The notes under the pieces are model-generated. The model searched no databases and had not been told where the DNA came from. It saw nothing but the letters and a program-made list of their open reading frames with translations. The position numbers were made by a program, and so were the translations under genes. 64,000 nucleotides of DNA from NCBI GenBank assembly GCA_025359065.1, contig JANYHM010000093.1, positions 22,571-86,570 of the forward strand, in the 5' to 3' direction. Below, piece by piece: positions 20,373 through 30,986 of the stretch (its first letter is position 1; the number at the start of each line of letters is the position of its first letter). The stretch comes from Synechococcales cyanobacterium GL140_1_metabinner_5_sub (GTDB lineage Bacteria > Cyanobacteriota > Cyanobacteriia > Cyanobacteriales > Chamaesiphonaceae).

Positions 20373-21740
20373 TTGTTAGAAAACACCACAAAAATATCAC
20401 TTAATCAATTAGATGCTGCTCTACCCCCGGCTCTGCGATCGGTATGGCGCAGTGCGGCTCAATGTGCGATCGATCGAGGCTGGGATTTGTACTTAGTCGG
20501 CGGTGCTGTCCGGGATTTGTTGCGGTATGACTATACTAATCTGGCTTTAACCCTGCCAGATTTAGATCTGGTAGTGGGCGGCGAAACAGCAACTCCTGCT
20601 AATGCCGGGATTCAACTGGCGATCGACTTACAGGTGATTTATCCTCAAGCGAAGCTCACCAGTCATCCCAATTTTCAGACTGCGGCCTTGACTTGGCCGC
20701 AAATGATCGATAAAGAGTGGTCGGGCATCTCAGTAGACATTGCAACTGCCCGGATAGAGACTTACGAGTATCCTGGTGCCCATCCTACGGTGACTGCGGG
20801 TTCAATTTATCAAGACCTGCAAAGGCGCGACTTTACGGTGAATGCCATGGCTTTGCGGTTGACCGGGGCAAAAGCTGGCGAAATTACCGATTTTTTTGGT
20901 GGTCAGCAAGATTTAGCTCAGAAATGTCTGCGGGTGCTGCACGATCGCAGTTTTCAGGACGATCCGACAAGGATATTTAGGGGAGTACGGTTTTTGACCA
21001 GACTGGGCTTCACTTGGGCGACAGAAACAGAGATGCAGTGGCAGACAACCTTAAACAGCGGCATTTTTGCGACCACCCTCAATTCCCAGGTTAGAGTGCC
21101 TTCTTTGGAAGATCGACTCAGAGCCGAGCTAAAGTACCTCAGCAACAGTCCCCAGTGGCTAGACGGCATTAAAGCATTGGGTGAGTTACAAGCTTGGCAA
21201 TGTATCCATCCCCAGCTTCAAGTTACCGAGACTACTTGGCTGAGTTTGCATCTGCTAGAAAGATTACTGGTGCATCCGCCTCATCCCTCGATCAAGCTTA
21301 CTGGGTGGCCGCTAAGATTAGAAGTGATCTTGGCTAGCTTGGATTTGGTCGCTCGAGAGTCCACGGCACAGCAACTACAGATGTCAATGGAGTCGATCGA
21401 GCGTCTGCAACAAATAGAAATGGTGCAGGCCACCATCAATAATTTAGGCTTTGGCCTCCGCCCTAGCCAAATCGCGGCCAAGTTGGAAGTTTATTCGATC
21501 GAGCTATTGTACTTAGTGCTGCTGCTAGACCCAGAACCCGATAATTTGCTGCTGTTGCGCTACCTCACAGAATGGTCACATACTCAAGCTTTTTTGGATG
21601 GCAACGATTTAAAAGACCTGGGATATCCACCGGGCAAAGCTTATAAACCCATGCTGCAAGCCTTAACGGCGGCTACCTGTGATGGATTGGTCAGAGATCG
21701 CGAGGGTTCGATCAAATTTCTGCGTACTAATTTCCCCTAA
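20373..21740 (+). CDS. tRNA nucleotidyltransferase (CCA-adding) / poly(A) polymerase family protein
   Basis: Pol-beta-type head motif LYLVGGAVRDLLL with the DLDLVV acidic pair, then an RNA-binding helical body. The track start is TTG. Confidence 0.75.
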   Translation: MLENTTKISLNQLDAALPPALRSVWRSAAQCAIDRGWDLYLVGGAVRDLLRYDYTNLALTLPDLDLVVGGETATPANAGIQLAIDLQVIYPQAKLTSHPNFQTAALTWPQMIDKEWSGISVDIATARIETYEYPGAHPTVTAGSIYQDLQRRDFTVNAMALRLTGAKAGEITDFFGGQQDLAQKCLRVLHDRSFQDDPTRIFRGVRFLTRLGFTWATETEMQWQTTLNSGIFATTLNSQVRVPSLEDRLRAELKYLSNSPQWLDGIKALGELQAWQCIHPQLQVTETTWLSLHLLERLLVHPPHPSIKLTGWPLRLEVILASLDLVARESTAQQLQMSMESIERLQQIEMVQATINNLGFGLRPSQIAAKLEVYSIELLYLVLLLDPEPDNLLLLRYLTEWSHTQAFLDGNDLKDLGYPPGKAYKPMLQALTAATCDGLVRDREGSIKFLRTNFP

Positions 21741-21841
21741 AATCTATAAATCCCCAGAACCCATAAATCCATGTGAGTAGCTTAGGGGTAGCCCGCCTCA
21801 TGGTAGGGTAGAGTATTAAAAATTCTCGTAATTTTGTTCTT

Positions 21842-23155
21842 ATGTCTCCCGTTGGTGAATTATCGATAGTTCTGGTACTGATTTTTATCAATGGCCTGTT
21901 CGTAATGTCAGAAATGGCTATCGTTTCAGCTCGCAAAATCAGACTCCAGCAATTCGTCAATCAAGGCAGCAAAAAAGCCCGCCTTGCCCTAGATTTAGCG
22001 AACAATCCCAACCGCTTCTTACCCACAGTGCAAGTAGGCATCACCTTAATGGTGATTTTATCTGGTGCCCGAGGTGAAAGTGCTATTAGCAGAATATTAG
22101 TGCCTTTGCTGCTGCCGATCGCCGAAAAATACGCTGCCTCAGCAATTGCCCAAAAATACGCCGAAACCATTTCCAGCGTGGTGGCGATCGCCATTGTCAC
22201 CTACTTCACCATTGTCATCGGCGAGTTAGTACCAAAACAGCTAGCGCTCAATAACCCCGAAAGATTGTCCTTACTCGTCGCCAAACCCCTCTTATGGCTG
22301 GGCAAAATCGGCAGCCCCGTCAGCAACATTCTCAGTCGTTCTACCGATCTAGTAGTCAAACTATTAGGCATTCGCCCTTCTAGCGAGCCGGAAGTCACAG
22401 AAGAAGAAATTCGGGTGATGATTGGTCAAGGCACCGAAGCCGGAATGCTAGAAGAAGTTGAACAAGACATGATGGAGCGGATTATGGGTCTGGGCGATCG
22501 AAAAGTCGGCTCAATTATGACCCCCCGCCCCGATATTGTGTGGTTAGACATCGAAGATGATTGGGCAGATAACTGTAAAAAAATTGTAGAGAGCCAATAT
22601 TCTCGGTTCCCAGTGTGCCGAGAAGTTGTAGATGACATTTTGGGCGTGGTACATGTGGCAGATCTGCTTAGTCAAACCCTGCAAGGACAAAAGCCCAACC
22701 TAACTTCCTCGATGATCAATCCGCTGTTAGTACCTGAAAGTATGCGCGGACTCAAAGTACTAGAGCAATTCAAAGAAAGCGGCACTCATATCGGGATGGT
22801 CATTGATGAATATGGTGTGATCCAGGGGATGGTCACGATGAATGACCTACTGGAAGAAATCGTGGGCAACATTCAAGACATCGAACAGCCCGCGCCACCT
22901 CAAGCAGTTCAGCGGGAAGATGGATCTTGGTTGCTGGATGGGATGTTGCCGATCGAAGAGTTCTTAGAGCTATTTGAATTAGCTGGAGACTCGATCGAGC
23001 AGCGGGGCAGTTACAACACTTTAGGCGGTTTCACGATCGTCCAACTGGGCAAAATCCCCCAGGCCGCCGACCATTTTGATTGGGAGCACTTGCGCTTTGA
23101 AATTATGGATATGGATGGCAATCGGGTAGATAAAGTAATGGTTAGCTATCACTAA
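21842..23155 (+). CDS. HlyC/CorC (CNNM) family transporter: DUF21 membrane domain, tandem CBS and CorC_HlyC domain
   Basis: N-terminal DUF21 with four TM segments; the CBS pair and C-terminal transporter-associated domain are typical of the family. Confidence 0.85.
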   Translation: MSPVGELSIVLVLIFINGLFVMSEMAIVSARKIRLQQFVNQGSKKARLALDLANNPNRFLPTVQVGITLMVILSGARGESAISRILVPLLLPIAEKYAASAIAQKYAETISSVVAIAIVTYFTIVIGELVPKQLALNNPERLSLLVAKPLLWLGKIGSPVSNILSRSTDLVVKLLGIRPSSEPEVTEEEIRVMIGQGTEAGMLEEVEQDMMERIMGLGDRKVGSIMTPRPDIVWLDIEDDWADNCKKIVESQYSRFPVCREVVDDILGVVHVADLLSQTLQGQKPNLTSSMINPLLVPESMRGLKVLEQFKESGTHIGMVIDEYGVIQGMVTMNDLLEEIVGNIQDIEQPAPPQAVQREDGSWLLDGMLPIEEFLELFELAGDSIEQRGSYNTLGGFTIVQLGKIPQAADHFDWEHLRFEIMDMDGNRVDKVMVSYH

Positions 23156-23238
23156 TCATTTACTGGTAATGATCACTCTACCCTGAAACTTTATGCCGAT
23201 GCTGATAACATAGATACTCAACATCGTTCACCACTCCT

Positions 23239-23928
23239 ATGTCTGACGCACAACTAAATCTCTTTGGCGGTCTGGATGCTACTCCTGAAGTGTCAGAAAG
23301 CACTGGGAAAGATTTAATTCCTACCAGCGCAGCCATCCCGATCGCCCCCGGCACCTATAACAGCATCGATGAACTGGCTGCTCACTGCGGAGTCTGTCAA
23401 CGCTGTGTGCTGGGATCTACTCGTTTGAATCCAGTGGTGGGTCGTGGTGCTATTAAAGCCCCAGTGATGGTTGTGGGCGAAGGCCCTGGCCAGAATGAAG
23501 ATGAACAAGGATTGCCTTTTGTTGGCCGATCGGGGCAGCTTTTAGAAAAAATCTTGGCTTCAGTAGAACTATCAGTAGCCAAAGAAGTCTACATCTGCAA
23601 CGTAGTCCGCTGTCGGCCACCGGATAACCGGGTACCCACCCCCGAAGAAATTGCTGCCTGCAAGCCTTACTTACTAGAACAAATTCGCCTAGTAGATCCC
23701 AAAGTCATTCTACTCACTGGTGCCACGGCTCTCAAGGCTCTCACTGGCTATAAAGGAGCCATCAGCAAAGTACGTGGTGAATGGATTGAATGGGAAGGCC
23801 GTCTCTGTATGCCCATTTTCCATCCAGCTTATTTACTGCGTAACTCTTCCAAAGAAGAAGGCGCACCCAAATGGCTGATGTGGCAAGACATTCAAAAAGT
23901 GAAAGCTAAACTAGCCGAATTTGCTTGA
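23239..23928 (+). CDS. Family-4 uracil-DNA glycosylase (4Fe-4S)
   Basis: Fe-S cluster cysteines in CGVCQRC...CNVVRCRPP, the GEGPGQNEDEQGLPFVGRSGQLL motif, and HPAYLLR. Confidence 0.85.
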   Translation: MSDAQLNLFGGLDATPEVSESTGKDLIPTSAAIPIAPGTYNSIDELAAHCGVCQRCVLGSTRLNPVVGRGAIKAPVMVVGEGPGQNEDEQGLPFVGRSGQLLEKILASVELSVAKEVYICNVVRCRPPDNRVPTPEEIAACKPYLLEQIRLVDPKVILLTGATALKALTGYKGAISKVRGEWIEWEGRLCMPIFHPAYLLRNSSKEEGAPKWLMWQDIQKVKAKLAEFA

Positions 23929-23942
23929 TGTTTGCGCTCTAG

Positions 23943-23986
23943 CTCCCCTCCTCCAAATTAGGAGAGGGGCTAGGGCTTATTTTTTA
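23943..23986 (+). terminator. Rho-independent terminator after the UDG gene
   Basis: GC-rich imperfect stem (gctcccctcctcc...ggagaggggc) followed by TTATTTTTT. Confidence 0.55.
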
Positions 23987-24006
23987 AACATCCGGATATC
24001 CCTGAA

Positions 24007-24543
24007 CTACTTCACAGCCTCCTCTGATATCCGCACGTCAATCACACTGGCATTAAAGTTGTAGTTTTTCTGATCGATTTCTACCGAGCTGCCAATTTTT
24101 ACTTTAGTACCACCCAAAGTAAAGCCGCCTTCAGTAGCTTGACCCTTGCCTTCTACCGTAATCAATATATCCATATTAAACATATCTGGACGGGGATCTT
24201 TCAGCGCCTTGATCGAACCGTCAGGTTGAGTTGTGGCCAACAGCCGATCGAGGACTTTGATAGATTTAATTTCTACTGGAGCCGTTGGCTGGTTCCGAAT
24301 TACAAAACTCAGTTTGTTACCAGGTTTAAAATCTTGCTGTAGTTTTTCAGGTTTTAGAACATTCAGACCCCTTACTACCACGTCAACTTCGGCTACCTGG
24401 GTTTTGCCGCCGATCGATTGCCCCGAACTATTACCCATTGGTACGAAGATGCCAAAACCAGCGGCCAAAATCACTAAGACAGCCGCGATATCGAGAATGC
24501 TAATTTTCCCAAACAATTTACCCTGTCGGTCTAAGATGGACAT
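24007..24543 (-). CDS. Conserved cyanobacterial hypothetical protein with an N-terminal TM anchor (DUF4330-like)
   Basis: One TM (ILDIAAVLVILAAGFGIFV) followed by a beta-rich soluble domain. Confidence 0.5.
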   Translation of the reverse strand: MSILDRQGKLFGKISILDIAAVLVILAAGFGIFVPMGNSSGQSIGGKTQVAEVDVVVRGLNVLKPEKLQQDFKPGNKLSFVIRNQPTAPVEIKSIKVLDRLLATTQPDGSIKALKDPRPDMFNMDILITVEGKGQATEGGFTLGGTKVKIGSSVEIDQKNYNFNASVIDVRISEEAVK

Positions 24544-24765
24544 AAAATGATCCTGCCTGTCTATAAATCTACCAATCTAAAATCTACCACTAAGCGTATC
24601 GGTTCTCAGCTCTGTATTTGTCAAATATCTATTAAAGAATTACCTGGCAACTTTATACCACTCTTGATCGTCCCCACAGTTAAATCGTAATGTCAAATCA
24701 TAATTTTGCTCTTATTGCCTAATTTCTTATTTCAACACCACTTCAGATTCAGTTAATAAATCATC

Positions 24766-25617
24766 ATGCTCAAATTCCTCAAAAAATCTCTATTTCTCGT
24801 AGGCCGTCGTCGCGCTTATGCTGCACTGCTAGCGATCGTCATGAGCACCAGTATTTTACTCGCACCCCAGTCCGGGCAAGCCTTCACCCTTTTAGATCTC
24901 ATTCGCAAGGGTATCCCAATTATTCAAGCTTTAAGCATTAACGATCAGCAAGAAATCGCTTTAGGGGCACAGACCAATCAGCAGATTCTGAGACAAATGA
25001 AAATGTCTCAAAATCCTGAAATCAACGCATATATTAACAATATCGGCCAAAGGCTGGCAGCCAGCAGTGCTCGTCCCAACCTCAAATACACTTTTCAAGT
25101 TGTTGAAGACAACGCCATTAACGCTTTTGCCACCATGGGAGGCTTTGTCTACATCAATACCGGCTTGATGAAAGCCTCTGACAATGAAGCTCAACTTGCC
25201 AGCGTCATCGGCCACGAAATAGGTCATATTACAGGTCGTCACTCGATCGAACAGCTTAAACAAACCTTAATTGCTCAAGGCATTTCTTCTCTGGCTGGTC
25301 TAGATCAAAATCAGCTTTCTAATGCTGTAATGAACATCGGACTGCGATTGCCTAAAAGTCGGGAAATGGAATACGATGCTGATCGACGCGGTTTGGATAA
25401 TATCATTCGGGTTGGTTATGCTCCCAGCGCGATGCCCGAATTCATGAAAAAATTGGGAAGTGCCAGTACAGCCCCGGCGTTTCTTAGCACTCACCCTTCT
25501 CCACCCGATCGAGTTCAAAGACTCAACAGTATGATTCCACCTCAGTACCGGGCAAAAACTGATGGTCTAGACCAAAATAATTACAAACAGCGCGTGCAGT
25601 ATTTCTTTTCCCGCTAA
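24766..25617 (+). CDS. M48-family Zn metallopeptidase, secreted/periplasmic
   Basis: Signal peptide, HEIGHITGRH (HExxH) and a downstream Glu/Asp (EYDADRRG). Confidence 0.8.
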   Translation: MLKFLKKSLFLVGRRRAYAALLAIVMSTSILLAPQSGQAFTLLDLIRKGIPIIQALSINDQQEIALGAQTNQQILRQMKMSQNPEINAYINNIGQRLAASSARPNLKYTFQVVEDNAINAFATMGGFVYINTGLMKASDNEAQLASVIGHEIGHITGRHSIEQLKQTLIAQGISSLAGLDQNQLSNAVMNIGLRLPKSREMEYDADRRGLDNIIRVGYAPSAMPEFMKKLGSASTAPAFLSTHPSPPDRVQRLNSMIPPQYRAKTDGLDQNNYKQRVQYFFSR

Positions 25618-25777
25618 TATCTGGCTACTTAACTTTGCACAATCCAGTCTCGATCGGGCTGGATTTTTGTTGGATGTGGATAGCCGATCGAGTAGTGGTA
25701 AAAACAGCACTTCTAGTCTGCTGCTGTTCCACCTACGATAAAAGAAGTTCGCTCATTCACCTCCGGGAAATATCATT

Positions 25778-27508
25778 GTGCTTAACTCCACTAGCTACCT
25801 CGACTTTCTCAGCCAAATCTTAGCCAATCAAGTACGTCAGGTCACTATTGCTCAGAATTCAATTGAATATACTGTCTCTACTGCCAATGGTTTAGAAACT
25901 CGCCAAACTACCACCGAAGGTGATCTTGATGCTTTAATCCAGCTACTACAAAAGCACGGTGTGAGTTTTAAAGTTGATAATCAAAACAACGCTCCCAACC
26001 CTTGGGCAACAGTAGTATTAGGTTTAGCTTTCCCCGCTTTGGCTTTAGCCAGTGCTTGGTTATTGCAAAAGCAAGGAGACGGAGAGAGTTTTGGTGCCTA
26101 TGGAGTGGGCAAAAGCAAAGCTAAAGTTTATAACCAAGGCCAAACTGGCATCACTTTTCAAGATGTTGCTGGTGTGACTGAAGCCAAACAAGAACTACAA
26201 GAAGTTGTAGACTTCCTGAAAAATGGTCAAAAATATCGCAGCTTGGGTGCCAAAATTCCCCAAGGTGTTCTACTCGTCGGCCCTCCGGGAACTGGTAAGA
26301 CCCTCTTGGCTAAAGCTGTTGCTGGCGAAGCTGGTGTGCCATTCTTTAGTATTTCTGGTTCGGAGTTTGTGGAAGTATTCGTTGGCGTTGGCGCAGCCAG
26401 AGTTCGAGATTTATTTGCTAAGGCCAAGCGTCAAGCTCCTTGCATTATTTTTATCGATGAATTAGATGCGATCGGTAAAGCTCGCAGCAGCAACCCCCAA
26501 ATCGGCGGCAGTAACGATGAGCGGGAGCAAACTCTCAACCAGTTGCTGGTCGAAATGGATGGTTTTGGTACCAACAGCGGCGTAATTTTAATTGGTGCCA
26601 CCAATCGCCCAGAAGTTTTGGATGTGGCACTGCGGCGGCCTGGTCGGTTCGATCGGCAGGTGACAGTTGATCGGCCTGATAAGTTGGGTCGGGTAGCTAT
26701 TTTGAACGTTCATGTGCAGGGCGTAAAAATTGGTGCTGACGTGCAGCTCGAAAAAGTAGCTACACAAACCGCTGGCTTTAGTGGTGCGGACTTGGCCAAC
26801 TTGGTGAATGAAGCAGCTTTGTTGGCAGCTCGAAATGACCGGCAGGCGGTAACGATGGCTGATTTTGATGCCGCTTTTGAGCGGGTGGTTGCTGGTTTGG
26901 AAAACCGGGCACGGGTGTTGAATCCGATCGAAAAGAAAACTGTGGCCTATCACGAAGTTGGTCATGCCTTGGTCGGCGCTTTGACTCCCGGCGGTGGCAG
27001 GGTCAGTAAGATTTCGATCGTCCCTCGGGGGATGGGTGCTTTGGGTTACACCTTGCAAGTGCCAGAAGAAGATCGCTTTTTGTTGGATGCGACAGAAATA
27101 GATGGTCAGATTGCTACTTTGCTGGGCGGCAGGGTCGCGGAGGAGCTGGTGTTTGGCCGGGTTTCTACTGGAGCTGCTGACGATATTCAAAAAGCTACTG
27201 ACTTGGCTGAGAAGGCAATTACCCAATATGGGATGAATCAGGTGCTGGGACCAGTGGCTTTTGATCGGACTACCAGTCAGTTTTTGGGCGGCAGCAATCG
27301 CCGCCAAATTAGCGATGAGGTGGCACAACAAATCGATCAGCAGGTAAAAGCTTCGATCGATCAGGCATACCAAGTAGCTAAAGAAATTTTGACTGTTAAT
27401 TGTGACTTACTGGAATCGATCGCTCAAAAGCTTTTGGCACAAGAAGTTTTAGAAGGTGATGAACTCAAAAATCTTTTGGCTCAAGGTCAAGCGGCGGTTT
27501 GCGCCTAG
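25778..27508 (+). CDS. ftsH: ATP-dependent zinc metalloprotease FtsH paralog (atypical N-terminus)
   Basis: Walker A GPPGTGKT, Walker B IIFIDELD and the SRH region are present, as are HEVGHAL (HExxH) and the C-terminal helical domain. Only one TM segment is visible. No ATG lies between the in-frame upstream stop and the GTG used by the track. Confidence 0.85.
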   Translation: MLNSTSYLDFLSQILANQVRQVTIAQNSIEYTVSTANGLETRQTTTEGDLDALIQLLQKHGVSFKVDNQNNAPNPWATVVLGLAFPALALASAWLLQKQGDGESFGAYGVGKSKAKVYNQGQTGITFQDVAGVTEAKQELQEVVDFLKNGQKYRSLGAKIPQGVLLVGPPGTGKTLLAKAVAGEAGVPFFSISGSEFVEVFVGVGAARVRDLFAKAKRQAPCIIFIDELDAIGKARSSNPQIGGSNDEREQTLNQLLVEMDGFGTNSGVILIGATNRPEVLDVALRRPGRFDRQVTVDRPDKLGRVAILNVHVQGVKIGADVQLEKVATQTAGFSGADLANLVNEAALLAARNDRQAVTMADFDAAFERVVAGLENRARVLNPIEKKTVAYHEVGHALVGALTPGGGRVSKISIVPRGMGALGYTLQVPEEDRFLLDATEIDGQIATLLGGRVAEELVFGRVSTGAADDIQKATDLAEKAITQYGMNQVLGPVAFDRTTSQFLGGSNRRQISDEVAQQIDQQVKASIDQAYQVAKEILTVNCDLLESIAQKLLAQEVLEGDELKNLLAQGQAAVCA

Positions 27509-27535
27509 GTAGGTCAAGCGATATCTTTATTTGAC

Positions 27536-27566
27536 AATCCCTATCTCTCAAAGGATAGGGATTTTC
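27536..27566 (+). terminator. Stem-loop after ftsH (10-bp stem aatccctatc/gatagggatt plus TTTT)
   Basis: Seen directly in the sequence. The U-tract is short. Confidence 0.45.
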
Positions 27567-27634
27567 GTGCATCTTGCACTGTCAGGTTAGCGGTGAGAAT
27601 CGTCACAAATCCTGAATCCCTAGCCCTGAGACTA

Positions 27635-29401
<1,767 letters not shown>

Positions 29402-29413
29402 TTAGAATAATGG

Positions 29414-30793
29414 TCAAGAAATTGGCTGCCAAACTTTAATCGATCGATCTCGACTGCCCGTAAAAATCTGCTGCTCACTAGGATCAATCACCAAACAAGT
29501 TACCGAGTCGATATGACCATTGAGCATATCAAACTCCATCCCAGTAGCAATCTGCCAAAATTTCACGGTTTTATCCCAGCTACCACTTAATAGCACTGCT
29601 CCATTAGCGATAAAGGCCAGAGATGATACCTGCCAAGCGTGTCCCGGCAATACTTGCAGACAGTTCCAAGTTTTGGTATCCCATAGCCGAATCGATCGAT
29701 CTTCACCGCCACTGGCTAGCATGTGACCATCGGGACTAAAGGCGATCGCTGTGACGGAACCCACATGACCAGTGAGCTGGCGCTGGATCTTATTGTTTTG
29801 CCAAATACCGATCGTGCCATCGGCGCTAGCGCTGGCTAAGATTCCTTCAGAATTAAAAGCTACTGTAGTTATTTTTAATTTATGACCAGTTAAGGTTGTG
29901 ATTAATTCACCAGTAGCGACTTGCCAGAGTTTGATTGATCGATCGCTGCTGCCGCTAGCTAGCTGTTGGCCATCGGGACTAAAAGCCAGGGCGTTTACTG
30001 CTTGACTATGGCTGATCAGCTTGTATAAGACTCGATCTAGCTCCCAAATTTTAATGGTTTTATCGCGGCTGCCGCTGGCCAAAATATCGGTGTTATGAGG
30101 CTGAAAGACAACGGCTTCTACAAAACCTTGATGTGATGTTAGTATATGACTGTTTTGGCCAGTAGCTAAATCCCAAAGACGCACGGTTTTATCTTCGCTG
30201 GCACTGGCTAACCGTTGACTATTTAAAGATAAACTGGTGACAGCGGCAAATAGGCCACTGTGGCCGTTCCAGGTATCCACACAGTTCCAGAGGGCTGGTT
30301 GTTTAGAGCTTTCTACCCTGATGATTTTTGTGAGATGATCTAGCACGGCTGTTGCTGATGGCCAGCGCCGATCGAGGTTTGGTTGAATTAATCGATCGAT
30401 CACTGCTCCAATTTGCTCGGCATCACTACCCGCTAACCAATAATCTCGCCATGCCCATTTCCCGCTGGGTAAATCTAGCAGCTCAAAGGGATGAACGCCA
30501 GTTAATAAATGAATGCAGGTTACACCCAAACTATATAGATCGCTGGCCGCCACCGGATTTCCTTGGATCTGTTCAGGGGCACCATATACCGGATTGGTAA
30601 TTGATGAGGTGCTGGCAATTAATTGATATTTAGATTGAACTGGTTGCCAAACAATATGTTCTGGAGAAATATCGCCATGCAGTTTTCCTTGATGATGAAT
30701 TCGCTGTAATGCTGGCAAAACATCTGCCAATACTTGGGTGATTTGTTTGATCGGGTTGCTGGCACCCAAGACGAAGGAAGTCTGTTTTTGCAT
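29414..30793 (-). CDS. WD40-repeat protein with an N-terminal degenerate Ser/Thr-kinase C-lobe (pseudokinase fragment)
   Basis: Residues 30-140 resemble kinase subdomains VIb-XI (HGDISPEHIV, GAPEQ, DLYSLGVTCIHLLTG). There is no Gly-loop, VAIK or DFG. Seven or more WD repeats follow. Confidence 0.8.
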   Translation of the reverse strand: MQKQTSFVLGASNPIKQITQVLADVLPALQRIHHQGKLHGDISPEHIVWQPVQSKYQLIASTSSITNPVYGAPEQIQGNPVAASDLYSLGVTCIHLLTGVHPFELLDLPSGKWAWRDYWLAGSDAEQIGAVIDRLIQPNLDRRWPSATAVLDHLTKIIRVESSKQPALWNCVDTWNGHSGLFAAVTSLSLNSQRLASASEDKTVRLWDLATGQNSHILTSHQGFVEAVVFQPHNTDILASGSRDKTIKIWELDRVLYKLISHSQAVNALAFSPDGQQLASGSSDRSIKLWQVATGELITTLTGHKLKITTVAFNSEGILASASADGTIGIWQNNKIQRQLTGHVGSVTAIAFSPDGHMLASGGEDRSIRLWDTKTWNCLQVLPGHAWQVSSLAFIANGAVLLSGSWDKTVKFWQIATGMEFDMLNGHIDSVTCLVIDPSEQQIFTGSRDRSIKVWQPIS

Positions 30794-30986
30794 AAGTTAA
30801 CGAAAGTCTGAACTATGATTTACCGGATTTAATAATGGACTATGATTTCTTTCTAAAAATAATCATAGTCCATCAATTACAGCTCATCAAATAGTTATCC
30901 TAATTACAGTTTAGACTGATCAAAAAGCTGATCGAGATTTATGGTATCTACCCCATCTTTGATGATCAAGGATTTGGCTGGAGCAG

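Noticed and set aside
25635-25823. Upstream 62-codon ORF as a possible frameshifted N-terminus of ftsH
   Set aside because: Its translation contains no credible TM helix resembling FtsH TM1. I treated it as a spurious overlapping ORF, but a sequencing frameshift cannot be excluded.
26588-27373. 261-codon minus-strand ORF
   Set aside because: Entirely antisense to the FtsH AAA/protease domains. Its composition comes from the GC-rich sense strand.
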